A DNA stretch of 64,000 nucleotides. Source: Octopus vulgaris. Taxonomy: Eukaryota. The DNA lies in contig OX597816.1 in the NCBI GenBank assembly GCA_951406725.2, positions 14,880,001 to 14,944,000 of the forward strand. The letters run 5' to 3'. The notes beneath the pieces are model-generated. The model did no database searches. It saw only the letters and a program-made list of their open reading frames with translations, and was not told where the DNA came from. Numbering within the stretch: the first letter of the stretch is position 1; each line of letters begins with the position of its first letter. The position numbers were made by a program, and so were the translations under genes. Below are positions 42,427-55,955 of this stretch, piece after piece.

Positions 42427-43623
42427 AAAAATGAAAAGCAAAAGGAAATTGTCCTGAAGGATTCTAAGAACGGTAAACCTTTTAGGCGCAACAAGAAAGG
42501 CCAAATACATAAAGCTGAAGGCCAGGTGTGGTTGTGTGGTAAAGAAGTTTACTTCACAACCACATGGTTTCAGGTTCAATTCCACTGTACTGCACCTTGA
42601 GCAAGTGTTTTCTACAATAGGTGTAGGAGTGGCTGTATGGTAAGTAGCTTGCTTACGAACCACATGGTTCCGGGTTCAGTCCCACGGTGTGGCACCTTGG
42701 ACAAGCGTCTTCTACTATAGTCTCGGGCCGACCAAAGCCTTGTGAGTGGATTTGGTAGATGGAAAAGTAAAGAAGCCCATCCTGTACAAACAGAGTGTTT
42801 GGGATATATTTAACCCTTAAAAGAAGCCCATCGTGTATGTGTATATGTATATGTATGTATGTGTCTGTGTGTGTGTGTGTGTGTGTGTATGTTTGTGTGT
42901 CTACGTCCTTGTAACTTTGCAGTTTGGCAAAAGAGACTGATAGAATAAGTACTAGGCTTACAAAGAATAAGTCCTAGGGTCGATTTGCTCGACTAAAGGT
43001 GGTGCTCCAGTATGGCCACGGTCAAATGACTGAAACAAGTAAAACAGTGATAGTCTCAGGCCTACCAAAACCTTGCGGGTGAATTTGGTGACCACAAACT
43101 GTAAAAAGCTTGTCATATCAATATCATTATCATCATTGGCATCATCATCATTGGCATCATCATCATCATCATTTAATGTCCATCTTCCATACTGGCATGT
43201 GTTGGACAATTTGATAGGATCCAGTGAGCCACAGGGCTGTATCAAACTCCATTGTCAGCTTCAGAATGGTTTCCAAGGCTAGATGCCTTTCCTAGTACCA
43301 ACCACTTTACAGGTTATACAGGGAGCTTTTCTTCATGCCATTAGCCCTAGTTAGGTTGCCAAGTAACTTGCAAGACGTGCATGTGCATGCGTGCGGTGTG
43401 TGTGTGTGTGTGTTCATACGTATGTACATATGTATGTGTATGGTTTGTGGCTCTTTGTCGTAACTTGGCATGCTGGAAGAAAACGAGTATCATTGTCATA
43501 TATTAGGTGTCTTATTTTCCATTTTCCATGGAAACATGTCCAGTTATTTTCTGACTATTTCTAAACAGGAGACATTCAGCATTACTTCATTTCAGGAATA
43601 TATATATATTTATATATATATAT

Positions 43624-43837
43624 ACTTTATTTAAAGCAGCAGAAAATTCAACAAAACCTGTTACTCTGAGTTTCCCGTTGCCGTTCATCAGCAAAAACTG
43701 TCCGATGAATGGCAACGGGAAACTCAGAGTAACAGGTTTTGTTGAATTTTCTGCTGCTTTAAATAAAGCATATTACTCTACCACTGGTATTTGAGAACTC
43801 TTTTTTCCACCTTGTTTCACATTTATGTGTTTACTCC

Positions 43838-43840
<3 letters not shown>
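43624..43840. mobile_element. (TA)n-flanked palindromic Penelope-like element with hammerhead-like motifs
   Basis: 68-bp arms 43624-43691 and 43702-43769, 10-nt loop. Minus arm CTGATGA-ACG gcaa CGG-GAAA-CTC; plus arm CCGATGA. Confidence 0.75.
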
Positions 43841-43873
<33 letters not shown>

Positions 43874-44026
43874 AAAAATGAAGTTTGAAAATGCTGCTAT
43901 ATTAGACAAATTTTTAATTTTTATATATACATTATTTATTTAACATGTTTCGGTTCTTGAAATGACGAACCTTATCAAAAAAAATTATATATAAAAAAGA
44001 TAGTTCATGCTATCAAATATAAAAAA

Positions 44027-44062
<36 letters not shown>

Positions 44063-44667
44063 AAACTATCTAAGAAAATGTCAAAAGAATTGATCGGCTG
44101 TTGCTATATAAATTATTACGCATCTCTGAAGAAGCAAGGATGAGGAACAAAAAACTGAGAATACTCATTACACACGTGCATAGGATAGATAAATGCTTCT
44201 TTTTTTTCTTTTTCTTTTTTTTTTTTTGGTAGTCAGATATTTGGGAATATTTTTTGACATGATAGAAACTTCTGACACCAAACCAGTCCATCACATAATT
44301 TTTTTTCTGTGCAATTATCATAGAACTAATGTCAAAATTTTCATTCCAGATGATTAAGGAATGTGCCGTTACAATGCCATCCTTTATATTTTTGGTTCAG
44401 CTAAATAACTACTTTGGAATCAAAAGGACTTTTATACAAACTTCTTTTTGACTAGTCACATGTTTGCTTCTCGTAAAGAGAGGAAAAATATATACATTGT
44501 TAATTGCATTAAGTGGTATATTATTGGTTCTTAGCAACATCAATAATATCTCAATAAATGTTCGCTTATAGGATTTGAACGAAAAAAAACGTGACAAAAG
44601 TACATACGAGGTTGCATCTGGCACTCTACCATCTCTGCTGTTGCTACCACTATCACTGCCATTATCC

Positions 44668-45046
44668 GTTTCTTTACTACCCACAAGGGGCTAAACATAG
44701 AGGGGACAAACGGATTAAATCGATTATATCAACCCCAGTGCGTAACTGGTACTTAATTTATCGACCCCAAAAGGATGAAAGGCAAAGTCGACCTTGGCGG
44801 AATTTGAACTCAGGACGTAATGACAGGCGAAATACCACTAAGCATAGTGGGGACAAACAAGGACGGACAAAGGGATTAAGTCGATTACATTGACCCCAGT
44901 GCATAACTGGTACTTAATTTGTTTACCCCGAAAGGATGAAAGGCAAAGTCGACCTTGGCGGATATTGAACACAGAACGTAGCGGTAGACAAAATACTGCT
45001 AAGCATTTCGTCCGGCATGCTAATGTTTCTGCCAGTTCGCCACCTT
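44668..45046 (-). mobile_element. Two SINE-B copies
   Basis: Core motif present twice. Confidence 0.85.
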
Positions 45047-45478
45047 ACCTTTTCTCATCTAAATCTCTGCTTGCTTCATGCCTTCAGAGGTATGAAAAAT
45101 TACAAACCTCTTACTTGAAAAACAGGTAAGGGTTAGCAACAGAAAGGGCATCCAGCTGTAAAAAAAACAATGCCTTCATAATAGAGAGCTGTTACCTCTG
45201 CTGCAGTGAGACCATTCTCTCAATGGACGAAGAGAAGTCTGTTTAATGCTTGTGTACGATGTACAAAGGCAGAGGAACAAAACAAAGGCAGAGGATGTAA
45301 CAGGATTTGTCAAGGTTTGAATGAATTGAGATGAGCAATATCCACCGAGTATGAAATGAGAATGTGTACAAACAGAGCACATCTCTACAGAGTAAAAGAC
45401 TGGTTGTGATGATAGTGGTTGTTGTGATGGTGGAATGCTAGACTAGATGCTGTTTAGCATGTAGTTTTCGTGTGGTAA

Positions 45479-46518
45479 GTAGCTTGCTAACCAACCACAT
45501 GGTTCCAGATTCAGTCCCACTACATGGCTCCTACCGGCTTGTAGCTTGCTAACCAACCACATGGTTCCAGATTCAGTCCCACTACATGGCTCCTACCGGC
45601 TTGTAGCTTGCTAACCAACCACATGGTTCCAGATTCAGTCCCACTACATGGCTCCTACCGGCTTGTAGCTTGCTAACCAACCACATGGTTCCAGATTCAG
45701 TCCCACTACATGGCTCCTACCGGCTTGTAGCTTGCTAACCAACCACATGGTTCCAGATTCAGTCCCACTACATGGCTCCTACCGGCTTGTAGCTTGCTAA
45801 CCAACCACATGGTTCCAGATTCAGTCCCACTACATGGCTCCTACCGGCTTGTAGCTTGCTAACCAACCACATGGTTCCAGATTCAGTCCCACTACATGGC
45901 TCCTACCGGCTTGTAGCTTGCTAACCAACCACATGGTTCCAGATTCAGTCCCACTACATGGCTCCTACCGGCTTGTAGCTTGCTAACCAACCACATGGTT
46001 CCAGATTCAGTCCCACTACATGGCTCCTACCGGCTTGTAGCTTGCTAACCAACCACATGGTTCCAGATTCAGTCTACACTCCTACCGGCTTGTACTTGCT
46101 AACACATGGTTCCAGATTCAGTCCCACTACATGGCTCCTACCGGCTTGTAGCTTGCTAACCAACCACATGGTTCCAGATTCAGTCCCACTACATAGCTCC
46201 TACCGGCTTGTAGCTTGCTAACCAACCACATGGTTCCAGATTCAGTCCCACTACATGGCTCCTACCGGCTTGTAGCTTGCTAACCAACCACATGGTTCCA
46301 GATTCAGTCCCACTACATGGCTCCTACCAGCTTGTAGCTTGCTAACCAACCACATGGTTCCAGATTCAGTCCCACTACATAGCTCCTACCGGCTTGTAGC
46401 TTGCTAACCAACCACATGGTTCCAGATTCAGTCCCACTACATGGCTCCTACCGGCTTGTAGCTTGCTAACCAACCACATGGTTCCAGATTCAGTCCCACT
46501 ACATGGCTCCTACCAGCT
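45479..46518 (+). repeat. 62-bp tandem array (~17 copies) derived from the SINE-A head
   Basis: Unit gtagcttgctaaccaaccacatggttccagattcagtcccactacatggctcctaccggctt; copies nearly identical. Confidence 0.95.
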
Positions 46519-46979
46519 TCACAACATACCTAATCAAGGGACATAACTCCTAACCAAATCCCCTGGCCCGTTTTTTTGTTTCACCACTTTTTTCGCAACA
46601 GCCGCCATATTCCCTTCCATATCGGCTACCTCTGAGTGTAATTATGTAATTGGATTGTTACCTAACACTCCAATGTATTTTTGCATGAAACCAATTGGTA
46701 AGACCAACCATGAGGGACACTTAATACTATAAAATTCAGTTAATCATCATCATCATCGTTTAATATCTGCTTTCCATGCTAGCATAGGTTGGACGGTTCA
46801 ACTGGGGACTGGTTCAACTGGCACCAGGCCCAGTCTGATCTGGTAGTGTTTCTACAGTTGGATGCCCTTCCTAATGCCAACCACTCCGTGAGTGTAGTGG
46901 GTGCTTTTTACGTGTCACTGGCACATGTGCCAGATGATAGATCAGATGGTGCTTTTTACATGCCACCGGCACGAAGATA

Positions 46980-47530
46980 TATATATATATAAGAGACAGG
47001 ATCTCCATAAAGTAATTAATTGTCAGTTTAATGTGAATTATTTAGTATAGCAATTTTTAGTACAATATTAATAATAATGTCATTTTAATGTGCATTCTTA
47101 AATTTATATTATTTAGTATAGAAATTTTTAGTACAATATTAATAATAATGTCATTTTAATGTGCATTCTTTAATGTATATTATTTAGTATAGAAATTTTT
47201 AGTACAATATTAATAATAATGTCGTCTTAATGTGAATTATTTACTATAGAAATTTTTAGTACAATATTAATAATAATGCCGTTTTAATGTGTATTCTTTA
47301 ATGTATATTGTTTATTACAGAAATTTTTAGTACAATGTTAATACTAATATATTTAATTTTATATTTTATTATAGATAATATCTTTCATTATTAATTGAAT
47401 TACTTTATGGAGGTTCTGTCTCTTAATTCTATATATATTTAATATATCGTGAAATTTGATTTAGTATTGCTAAATTGAGTTTGTTTTCCCCTGTTGCCTT
47501 GGAATTTTATATTCCCTGATGATGATGATA
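46980..47530. mobile_element. (TA)n-flanked element with terminal inverted repeat and internal ~60-70-bp AT-rich tandem units
   Basis: taagagacagga.ctccataaagtaatt is mirrored at ~47398-47425; internal gaaatttttagtacaatattaataataatg about 5 times. Confidence 0.6.
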
Positions 47531-48027
47531 TATATATATATACAAAATTTAGAGGATTGACCACTAAAAAAAATGGACAGCCTATATGCTAGATATCACG
47601 TGACCGATCAGGCTTTCAGATGTTGCTACACATCGCTGGTCACAATGCGCTTTGCATTGTTTTAGCCTTCAAATGAAGCCACCCTGCTGGCTAAGCGAAC
47701 AGGCCAACTGAAGAAAGAGTGAGAGAAAGTTGCATCGAAAGAGTACAGCAGGGATCGCCACCACCCCCTGCCGGAGCCTCATGGAGCTTTAGGTGTTTTC
47801 GCTCAATAAACACTCACAATGCCCGGTGTGGGAATCGAAACCGCGATCCTACAACCGCGAGTCCGCTGGCCTAACCACCGGGCCATTGCACCTCCATCTA
47901 TGCTAGATATAGACGTCAAAATAGCCATTTTCCACAAAGAATGTGTGCTCAAGAAAAAATTCAGCAAAAAACCAAAGTGTAAAAATGTAAAATTTAATTT
48001 TAAATTTTATATATATATATATATATA

Positions 48028-48450
48028 TACTCTTTACTCTTTTACTTGTTTCAGTCATTTGACTGCGGCCATGCTGGAGCACCGCCTTTAGTCGAGCATA
48101 TCGACCCTGGGACTTATTCTATGTAAGCCAAGTACTTATTCTATCAATCTCTTTTTGCCGAACCGCTAAGTGACGGGGACATAAACACACCAGCATTGTT
48201 TGTCAAGCGATGGTGGGGGGACAAACACAGACACACAAATATATACACACACATACAAATATATATATATATATATATACATATATACGACAGGTTTCTT
48301 TCAGTTTCCGTCTACCAAATCCACTCACAAGGCATTGGTTGGCCCGAGGCTATAGCAGAAGACACTTGCCCAAGATGCCACGCAGTCGGACTGAACCCGG
48401 AACCATGTGGTTGCTAAGCAAGCTACTTACCACACAGCCACTCCTGCGCC
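48028..48450 (-). mobile_element. SINE-A
   Basis: Reverse complement of copy at 21129. Confidence 0.9.
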
Positions 48451-49637
48451 TATATATATATATATTCTAACTCATGCTACCATAGAAAAAGGGACATAAA
48501 ACAAATGAACATATACCTAAGCTTCTACTAAAGTTACTTTCAATAAAGTAAATTGGTGTGTAGAACTAAAACACAGTTACATTTCGGAGTAACATTGGAA
48601 GGAACTGGTTAATTCTTTTGGAATGTAGAGACAACAAACTGCAGGTGAATATTGCATTAGATTTTCCATAGATCATCTTAAAAGATTCATTTGCAGAACA
48701 GACTTCTGTCAGCAGATTAATGAGGATTCCAAGATTACTAATCAATATGGCTGAAAACAAAATCTTATAACAGTTGCATTTGCTGTTTAGCACCGAGCCC
48801 TGATTGAAATAACCAAAGATCAAAAGCATTCCAACGATGACCATCTGGTCCTACTCTGGAGCATTGTTTCTCTTTAACTAAATTACCTTATGTTAGCGCG
48901 CTGGGCGAAATGCTTAGCTGTATTTCATCTGTCATTACGTTCTGAGTTCAAATTCCACCGAGGTCGACTTTGCCTTTCATCCTTTCGGGGTCGATAAATA
49001 AAGTACCAGTTTCACACTGGGGTCGATGTAATCAACTTAATCCCTTTGTCTGTCCTTGTTTGTCCCCTCTGTTTTTAGCCCCTTGTGGGTAGTAAAGAAA
49101 TATATATTACCTTACAGCCACCTCTCTTTCTCAAGATGGCAGGGAAAAATTTGAAAGAGATCTGGCTACTATTTCTAGCAGATGAAGCAACCACATAGGA
49201 GTAGAAGCTTCTTTGTTGGCACATCCAACAGTAAATGTGAAATGCAAACCATCTGAAAATAACTGTTTTTTTAATAAGAACATGTTGATAACATTTTCTT
49301 TTTAAGTAGGTCAGCTAATTAAACACAGTTTAAATTTATCTTCGTCTCTTACATAAAAACAGAACTTCAAATTTAGAAGAGAAAGAGAGGAGAGAAAAAA
49401 GTATTTAGAAACTCTAGTGAGAGCAGAAGGTCTTCAGAGAAGACACTCTTGCACATGCGAGTGTTTTGACCCCTAAATCCTTACATTCTAAGGGGATAAG
49501 GTTGCATCCAGGTCATGACTTGGATCATCTCCTGTCACATATTCTGTTCTACTGTCTGCATTGCAACCCTCCTGGGTGGTTAAGATACTCCTGAACCAAG
49601 GTACTTTGTGGTTGCAACCAGTTCAGTCTAAGATACC

Positions 49638-50051
49638 TATTTCTTTACTACCCACAAGGGGCTAAACACAGGGTGACAAACAAAGACATACAAAAGGATT
49701 AAGTCGATTACATCAACCCCAGTGCATAACTGGTACTTATTTATTCGACCCCGAAAGGATGAAAAGCAAAGTCGACCTCAGCGGTATTTGAACTCAGAAT
49801 GTAACAGCAGACAAAATACCTATTTCTTTACTACCCACAAGGGGCTAAACAAGAGGGGACAAACAAAGACATACAAACGGATTAAGTCGATTACATCAAC
49901 CCCAGTGCGTAACTGGTACTTATTTATTCGACCTCGAAAGGATGAAAGGCAAAGTCGACCTCGGCGGAATTTGAACTCAGAACGTAACGGCAGACGAAAT
50001 ACGGCTACGCATTTCGCCCAGCGTGCTAACATTTCTGCCAGCTCACCGCCT
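49638..50051 (-). mobile_element. SINE-B dimer with 16-bp TSD
   Basis: TSD ttcagtctaagatacc on both sides. Confidence 0.92.
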
Positions 50052-52427
50052 TCAGTCTAAGATACCATTTGATTGTAGAGTAAATTAAGCCTTATGTAAT
50101 TTACTGGCACTCCTCTTTGACCAGATCCACCTGGAACTCTTAGCTGCTTCTGCCATTACCTTAAGTATGGTATTTAGTGACGGAGAAGAGGCAGGCCTGG
50201 AGTGGAGAGAGAGAGCGTTTTGCTAACGAGATCACAAATGGCAACAAAAGGACTTTGACAAACTGACAGATTAATTAACTGAATGAATAAATGAATAATC
50301 AAACAATGGATCAATTAATTGGGTTAAATGGCTAACTAATTGCTAATTGACACATAAAAAAAATTAAGTGAAACAGAATCTCTGTGCAGGCATGCGTATG
50401 TTTATAGGCATAATAAAACCTCCCAAGATACACCATAAAACAGCTGAACTCTTGGTTAGTGTATGAAATGTGTTGACATAAGGCAAAGCAGGAGAGGCAG
50501 TAGTAGTAACAGAAATGACAGCAAGTATAAACAGTTTGTTTGTCAGTGAGTTGCTAAAATGTATTGGTGATAGAACTAAATGGTCTTTTCTTGAATGCAG
50601 TCTAGAGCGAATGTCTGTGTATAAACAACAGCTGCACTGTCTTTAATATGTGAGCAAGTTCTACTACAGGAAAGGACTTAAGCTTTGCAGATCAGCAGCT
50701 TATGAAGAAGGAAGTATATCCTGATTCTGAAGAGGAACCCTAGACTGTGTGATGCAGTGTTAGCAATGTTACACATGTGAAGGCACATGGCTCAGTAATT
50801 AGAGCATCAAGCTTTTGATCCTGAAGTTGAGAGTTCGATTCCCAGATCATGCTGTGTGTTGTGTTCTTGAGTAAAAAGATACCTTCATGAATTCTTTGAC
50901 ATGAAACCACTTCAATTATGGGAAGTGTCTTGTACTATAGCCTCAGGTCAACCAAAGCTTTGTGAGTGAACTTGGTAGCTGGAAACTGAAAGAAGCCCAT
51001 CATGCGTGCATGTGTGTGTGCGTGCATGCATATCTTTGAGTCTGTCCTCCCCACCGGTATGTTCAGCAAAAGAGACCAATAGAATAAGTACCAGGCTTTA
51101 CAAAAACATAAGTACCGAAGTTGATTCATTCAACAAAAATTGTTACAGGGAGACTGGCATGCATGGGTGACTACCGGTCTTCCATAAACAACCTTGCCCA
51201 GATTTGTGCCTTGGAAGGGAACTTTCTAGGTGCAATTCCATATCAGGTCAACAAAAGATTAAGAGGATTAGCTAATCGTGCCCCACTCCCTTTTTGTCAA
51301 GGCGGTGCTCCAGCATGACCACAGTTCAAAGACTGAAACAAGTAAAAAAGAAAGATATATATGACAACCTTCTTTCAGTTTCTATCACCCAAATCTATTC
51401 ACAAGCCTTTGGTCAACCCTTGGTTAGAGAAGAACATATTGTCCAAGGTCCCACACAGTGTGACTGAATCTTGATTTGGCAGAGTTTCTACAACTGGATG
51501 CCCTTCCTAACGCCAACCACTCCAAGAGTGTAGTGGGTGCTTTTATGTGCCACCGGCACGGGGTGGCCAGTAATGAATATGCACACATACACAAACTGGC
51601 ACTCTGTTGGTCATGATGAAGAGAATTCCAATTGATCTGATCAATGGAACAGCCTGCTCATGAAATTAACATGCAAGCGGCTGAGAGCTCCACAAACACA
51701 AGTACCCTTAACATAGTTCTCAGGGAGATTCAGCATGACACAGAATGTGACAAGATTGGCCCTTTGAAATACAGGTACAATTCATTTTTCACCACCTGAA
51801 TGGACTGGAGCAACATGTAAAAAGTGTCTTGCTCAATAACAGAACATGCTGCTGCGAATTGAACTTATGACCTTACAATTGTGAGCCAAATACCCTAAAC
51901 AACCATAAAAGAAGAACACATTGCGAGAGAAGAACACATTGTCCAAGGTGCCACACAGTGTGACTGAACCCAAGACCACATGATTGGGAATCAAGCTATA
52001 TAACCACACAGCCATACCTGCACCTTTAGTGATTGAAGACGAAACACTGCACTTGAAAACTGAAATAGAGTCACAAGTAGAACTTGGCAACGAAGATACA
52101 TTGCCGTCTCGATTGTTTAATTATTATACAATATAATTAATTGGCTCTTTACAAATTATGATATAACATAATTGGCTCTCAACAAATTATAAGATAAATT
52201 CAATTGAAACATAACTACACTTCAATTATTAACATTTAGTCCACTGAAGATAACTTTCAACAAGTTCTGATGAATATTTAGGATGGTTTGGTGAAATGAA
52301 GCGCAGAGAATAAAGTGTGATGTAAAATAATTAACCAAAAAAAAAAAAAGGTGATTAAAGGCTCTTTCCAAGCTATAGGATCACAATATCAGTTTCCTGG
52401 ATCTGTAGTGCATATATTCCACTATTG

Positions 52428-52830
52428 GAAGGTGGCAAGTAGGCAGAAACATTAGCATGCTTGGCGAAATGCTTAGCGGTATTTCATCTGCCATTACGTT
52501 CTGAGTTCAAATTCCGCTGAGGTTGACTTTGCCTTTCATCCTTTCGGGGTCGATAAATTAAGTACCAGTTGCGTACTGGGCTCAATCTAATCGACTTGAT
52601 CCATTTGTCTGTCCTTGTTTGTCCTCTCTGTGTTTAGCCCCTTGTGGGTAGTAAAGAAATAGGTATTTCATCTGCCGCTACGTTCTGAGTTCAAATTCCA
52701 CCGAGATCGACTTTGCCTTTCATCCTTTTCGGGTTGATGAATTAAGTACCAGTTGTGTACTGAGGTCAATCTAATCGACTGGCCCACTTCCCTAAAATTT
52801 CAGGCCTTGTGCCTAGAGTACAAAAGAATA
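52428..52830 (+). mobile_element. SINE-B dimer
   Basis: aaatag|gtattt junction near 52662; flanking cactattgga duplication. Confidence 0.88.
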
Positions 52831-53048
52831 TACTTCACTATTGGATGAGATGCCAGTTTGTTGTAGGAATATTCATTTATGCCAGCTGAGTGGACCGGGC
52901 CAATGTGAAATAAACAAAAACCTCACCCGGTCCAGGAATTGAAATCGCCATTTTATGATCATGAATGCAACACCCTAACCACTAAGCAACACACATACAC
53001 CACATCAATTAACAGCCATTTTCCATACTAGCATATATATATATATAT

Positions 53049-53272
53049 ACTCTTTTACTTGTTTCAGTCATTTGACTGCGGCCATGCTGGAGCACCGCCT
53101 TTAGTCGGCGAATCGACCCCAGGACTTACTCTTTGTAAGCCTAGTACTTATTCTATCAGTCTCTTTTGCCAAACCACTAAGTTACAGGGACATAAACACA
53201 CCAGCATCAGTTGCCAAGCAATGTTGGGGGGACAAAGAAAGACACACAAACATGTGTGTGTGTGTGTGTGTG

Positions 53273-53313
<41 letters not shown>

Positions 53314-53318
53314 TATAC

Positions 53319-53367
<49 letters not shown>

Positions 53368-53419
53368 CATATATATATATATACATATATATACATATAT
53401 ATACATATTTATATATATT

Positions 53420-53453
<34 letters not shown>

Positions 53454-53536
53454 CATATTTATATATACATATTTATATATACATATATATACATATATAT
53501 ACATATATATATACATATATATATATATACATATAT

Positions 53537-53579
<43 letters not shown>

Positions 53580-53738
53580 CACGACAGGCTTATTTCAGTT
53601 TCTGTCTACCAAATCCACTCACAAGGCTTTGGTCGGCCCAATGCTAGAAGACACTTGCCCAAGGTGCCACGCAGTGGGACTGAACCCGGAACCATGTGGC
53701 TGGTTAGCAACCTACTTACCACACAGCCACTCCTGCAC
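53049..53738 (-). mobile_element. SINE-A with expanded central (TA/TACA)n
   Basis: Intact head and tail around a ~330-bp microsatellite. Confidence 0.9.
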
Positions 53739-54049
53739 CTATATATATATATATATATTGATGATATATATATATATATATAACATCAATTTCAACTGTT
53801 ATCTCATCAGCTTGGACTTCTTAATTGATCTGTATGTATTTATGCGATTACTTAACTGACTTTGATTTGGGCACAAAATTACACTATTATATGTATATAT
53901 GTGTTTTTGTATGTTACGTGTTTGCATGCTTGTAATGACATATATGCCCCCTATGTTTAGATATGTGGCGGCTTTGATGAGGAGTATTATTGAACTTGGA
54001 ACTTGTCTCTTTCAAATTAATAACATATATATATATATATGTATGTATA

Positions 54050-54415
54050 TAGGAAAAATAGAAGTTGAAAATGCACCGAGAATATTTTTTATTAATATAC
54101 TTGAAGCTTTAACCGGTTTCACAGTTTACACTGATTTTCAAAAAGTTCAAATAGAAAGACGTGGCTCATGTTACAGCTGTCTTGCTTCTGAAGTTTGCCT
54201 TGTTTTTATAGGGAGGCAAACATCAAACACTTGTCAGAAGCAAGACAGCTGCGACATAAGTCACGTCTTTCTATTTGAACTTTTTGAAAATCAGTGTAAA
54301 CTGTGAAACCAGTTAAAGCTTCAAATATATTAATGAAAAATATTTTAACTATTCTCAGTGCCTCTTCAATTTCTATTTTTTATATACTTCTACCAGTGTG
54401 GAATAAAATAACTGT
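54050..54415. mobile_element. Palindromic Penelope-like element with UUGAAAA hammerhead-like motif
   Basis: Arms ~54053-54200 and ~54215-54380. CTTT-TTGAAAA-TCAG tgtaaa CTGT-GAAA-CCGG-TT-AAAG on the minus arm. Confidence 0.7.
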
Positions 54416-54429
54416 TTTATATATATATA

Positions 54430-54855
54430 TCAAAATAAGCAACAAGGATATCCAGAGGTAATGCAGTACGATAGTTTCATGCAACTTCATTTAATTGAAC
54501 AGTGCAATCATTACATCAATTTAAAATGTAGAGCAATCTTCAGATACACAAAGACATAGAATTTAATTAAATTAGGTATAATTATACCTAAAATCTTCAA
54601 GAAGTTAAGGAGATAGACAAAGAACATGCTACCTCACTCTAGTTTAGAAGAATCTGTAAAAATGTATATCTTGAAAATTCAGTAACTTCTAACCTGGAGT
54701 GAGGCAGCATGTTCTTTGTCTATCTCCTTAACTTCTTGGAGATTTTAAGTAAAATTATACTAATGTGTCCATCTGTTCTAATTTAATTAAATTCTATGTT
54801 TTTGTGCAGCTGAAGATTGCTCTACATTTTAAATTGATGTAATGATAGCATTGTT
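54430..54855. mobile_element. Palindromic Penelope-like element with extended-stem-II hammerhead-like motif
   Basis: Arms ~54500-54645 and ~54690-54855. Minus strand 54548-54463 reads CTGAAGA-TTGC...GCAT-GAAA-CTATCG-TA-CTGC. Confidence 0.7.
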
Positions 54856-55559
54856 ACAACCAGCAAACACATGAAGACAAGGAAGAGGTGACGAGTATTA
54901 AACAAAGACAAAAGCTTTCAAAGAAATAGTCTCCTAAGACAGCATGTTCAATAAAACTACCTAGGTGGACATTTACGATAAAAAATTTAAATGAAATATT
55001 TAAAGCAATTTCAAAAAGAAATTTTATATTCCATGGTATATAAGACCCTTTTTTTTTCTTTTTTTCTGAAACAAAATCACCCCAGGTCTTATATACCAAG
55101 TTACACCTTTAGTAAGTTAATTTTGTTCCTGATACACACTTTTTCCTGAAATTAGGGTACTTCTAATATACTCTTTGTGTCTTTCATGTCATCAAATACA
55201 GAATATATTTCATGGTTCTCTATAGAATTCCAGCTATCTTACTGTTTCAAAATAATTGTGGAATTTTCATGGGTACTGCTAGATGTGATTAATAGCAGTA
55301 GCAGCAGAATTGCTTAATAGCATTTCCAAAAATGAGGTCTTTTAGGATTTGCTTGTGCCAGATTCCAAGAATAACAATGTTAAGCATCCCAGAGTAACAG
55401 CTGATGTTCATGCTTTTTCTTCTTTTTTCTCACAATAGCAAAAGAAAGAATTACAATTAAAAGATGTCAACCATATTGACCAACAGGCCTCCAAGAAAGC
55501 CTCCACAAAGTCACCTGATCTGCTAGAAATAACAACCAAATACACTTAAATTATATCCT

Positions 55560-55955
55560 AGGAGTGGCTGTGTGGTAAGTAGCTTGCTAACCAACCACAT
55601 GGTTCCGGGTTCAGTCATACTGCGTGGCATCTTGGGCAAGTGTCTTCTACTATAGCCTCGGGCCGACCAATGCCTTGTGAGTGGATTTGGTAGACGGAAA
55701 CTGAAAGAAACCTATCGTATATATGTATATATAAATGTGTGTGTGTATGTGTTTGTGTGTCTGTGTTTGTCCCCCTAGCATTGCTTGACAACCGATGCTG
55801 GTGTGTTTACGTCCCCGTCATTTAGCGGTTCAGCAAAAGAGACCGATAGAATAAGTACTGGGCTTACAAAGAATAAGTCCCGGGGTCGATTTGCTCGACT
55901 AGAAGGCGGTGCTCCAGCATGGCTGCAGTCAAATGACTGAAACAAGTAAAAGAGT
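55560..55955 (+). mobile_element. SINE-A
   Basis: Matches copy at 21129; an inverted partner lies at 56170-56670. Confidence 0.9.

Noticed and set aside
44070-44600. Possible hAT-like transposase relic (NNIPLNAINN)
   Set aside because: Similarity too weak to support without a search.
45196-45385. Minus-strand AG...GT-bounded segment starting RCALFV, reminiscent of GAF-A RCSLF
   Set aside because: That frame stops after ~24 codons and has no further GAF similarity.
45479-46518. CRISPR-like regular array
   Set aside because: No unique spacers, the units are SINE-derived, the context is eukaryotic and there are no cas genes.
47516-47522. CTGATGA at the end of the 46980 element
   Set aside because: No stem II or GAAA follows; it may just be (GAT)n.
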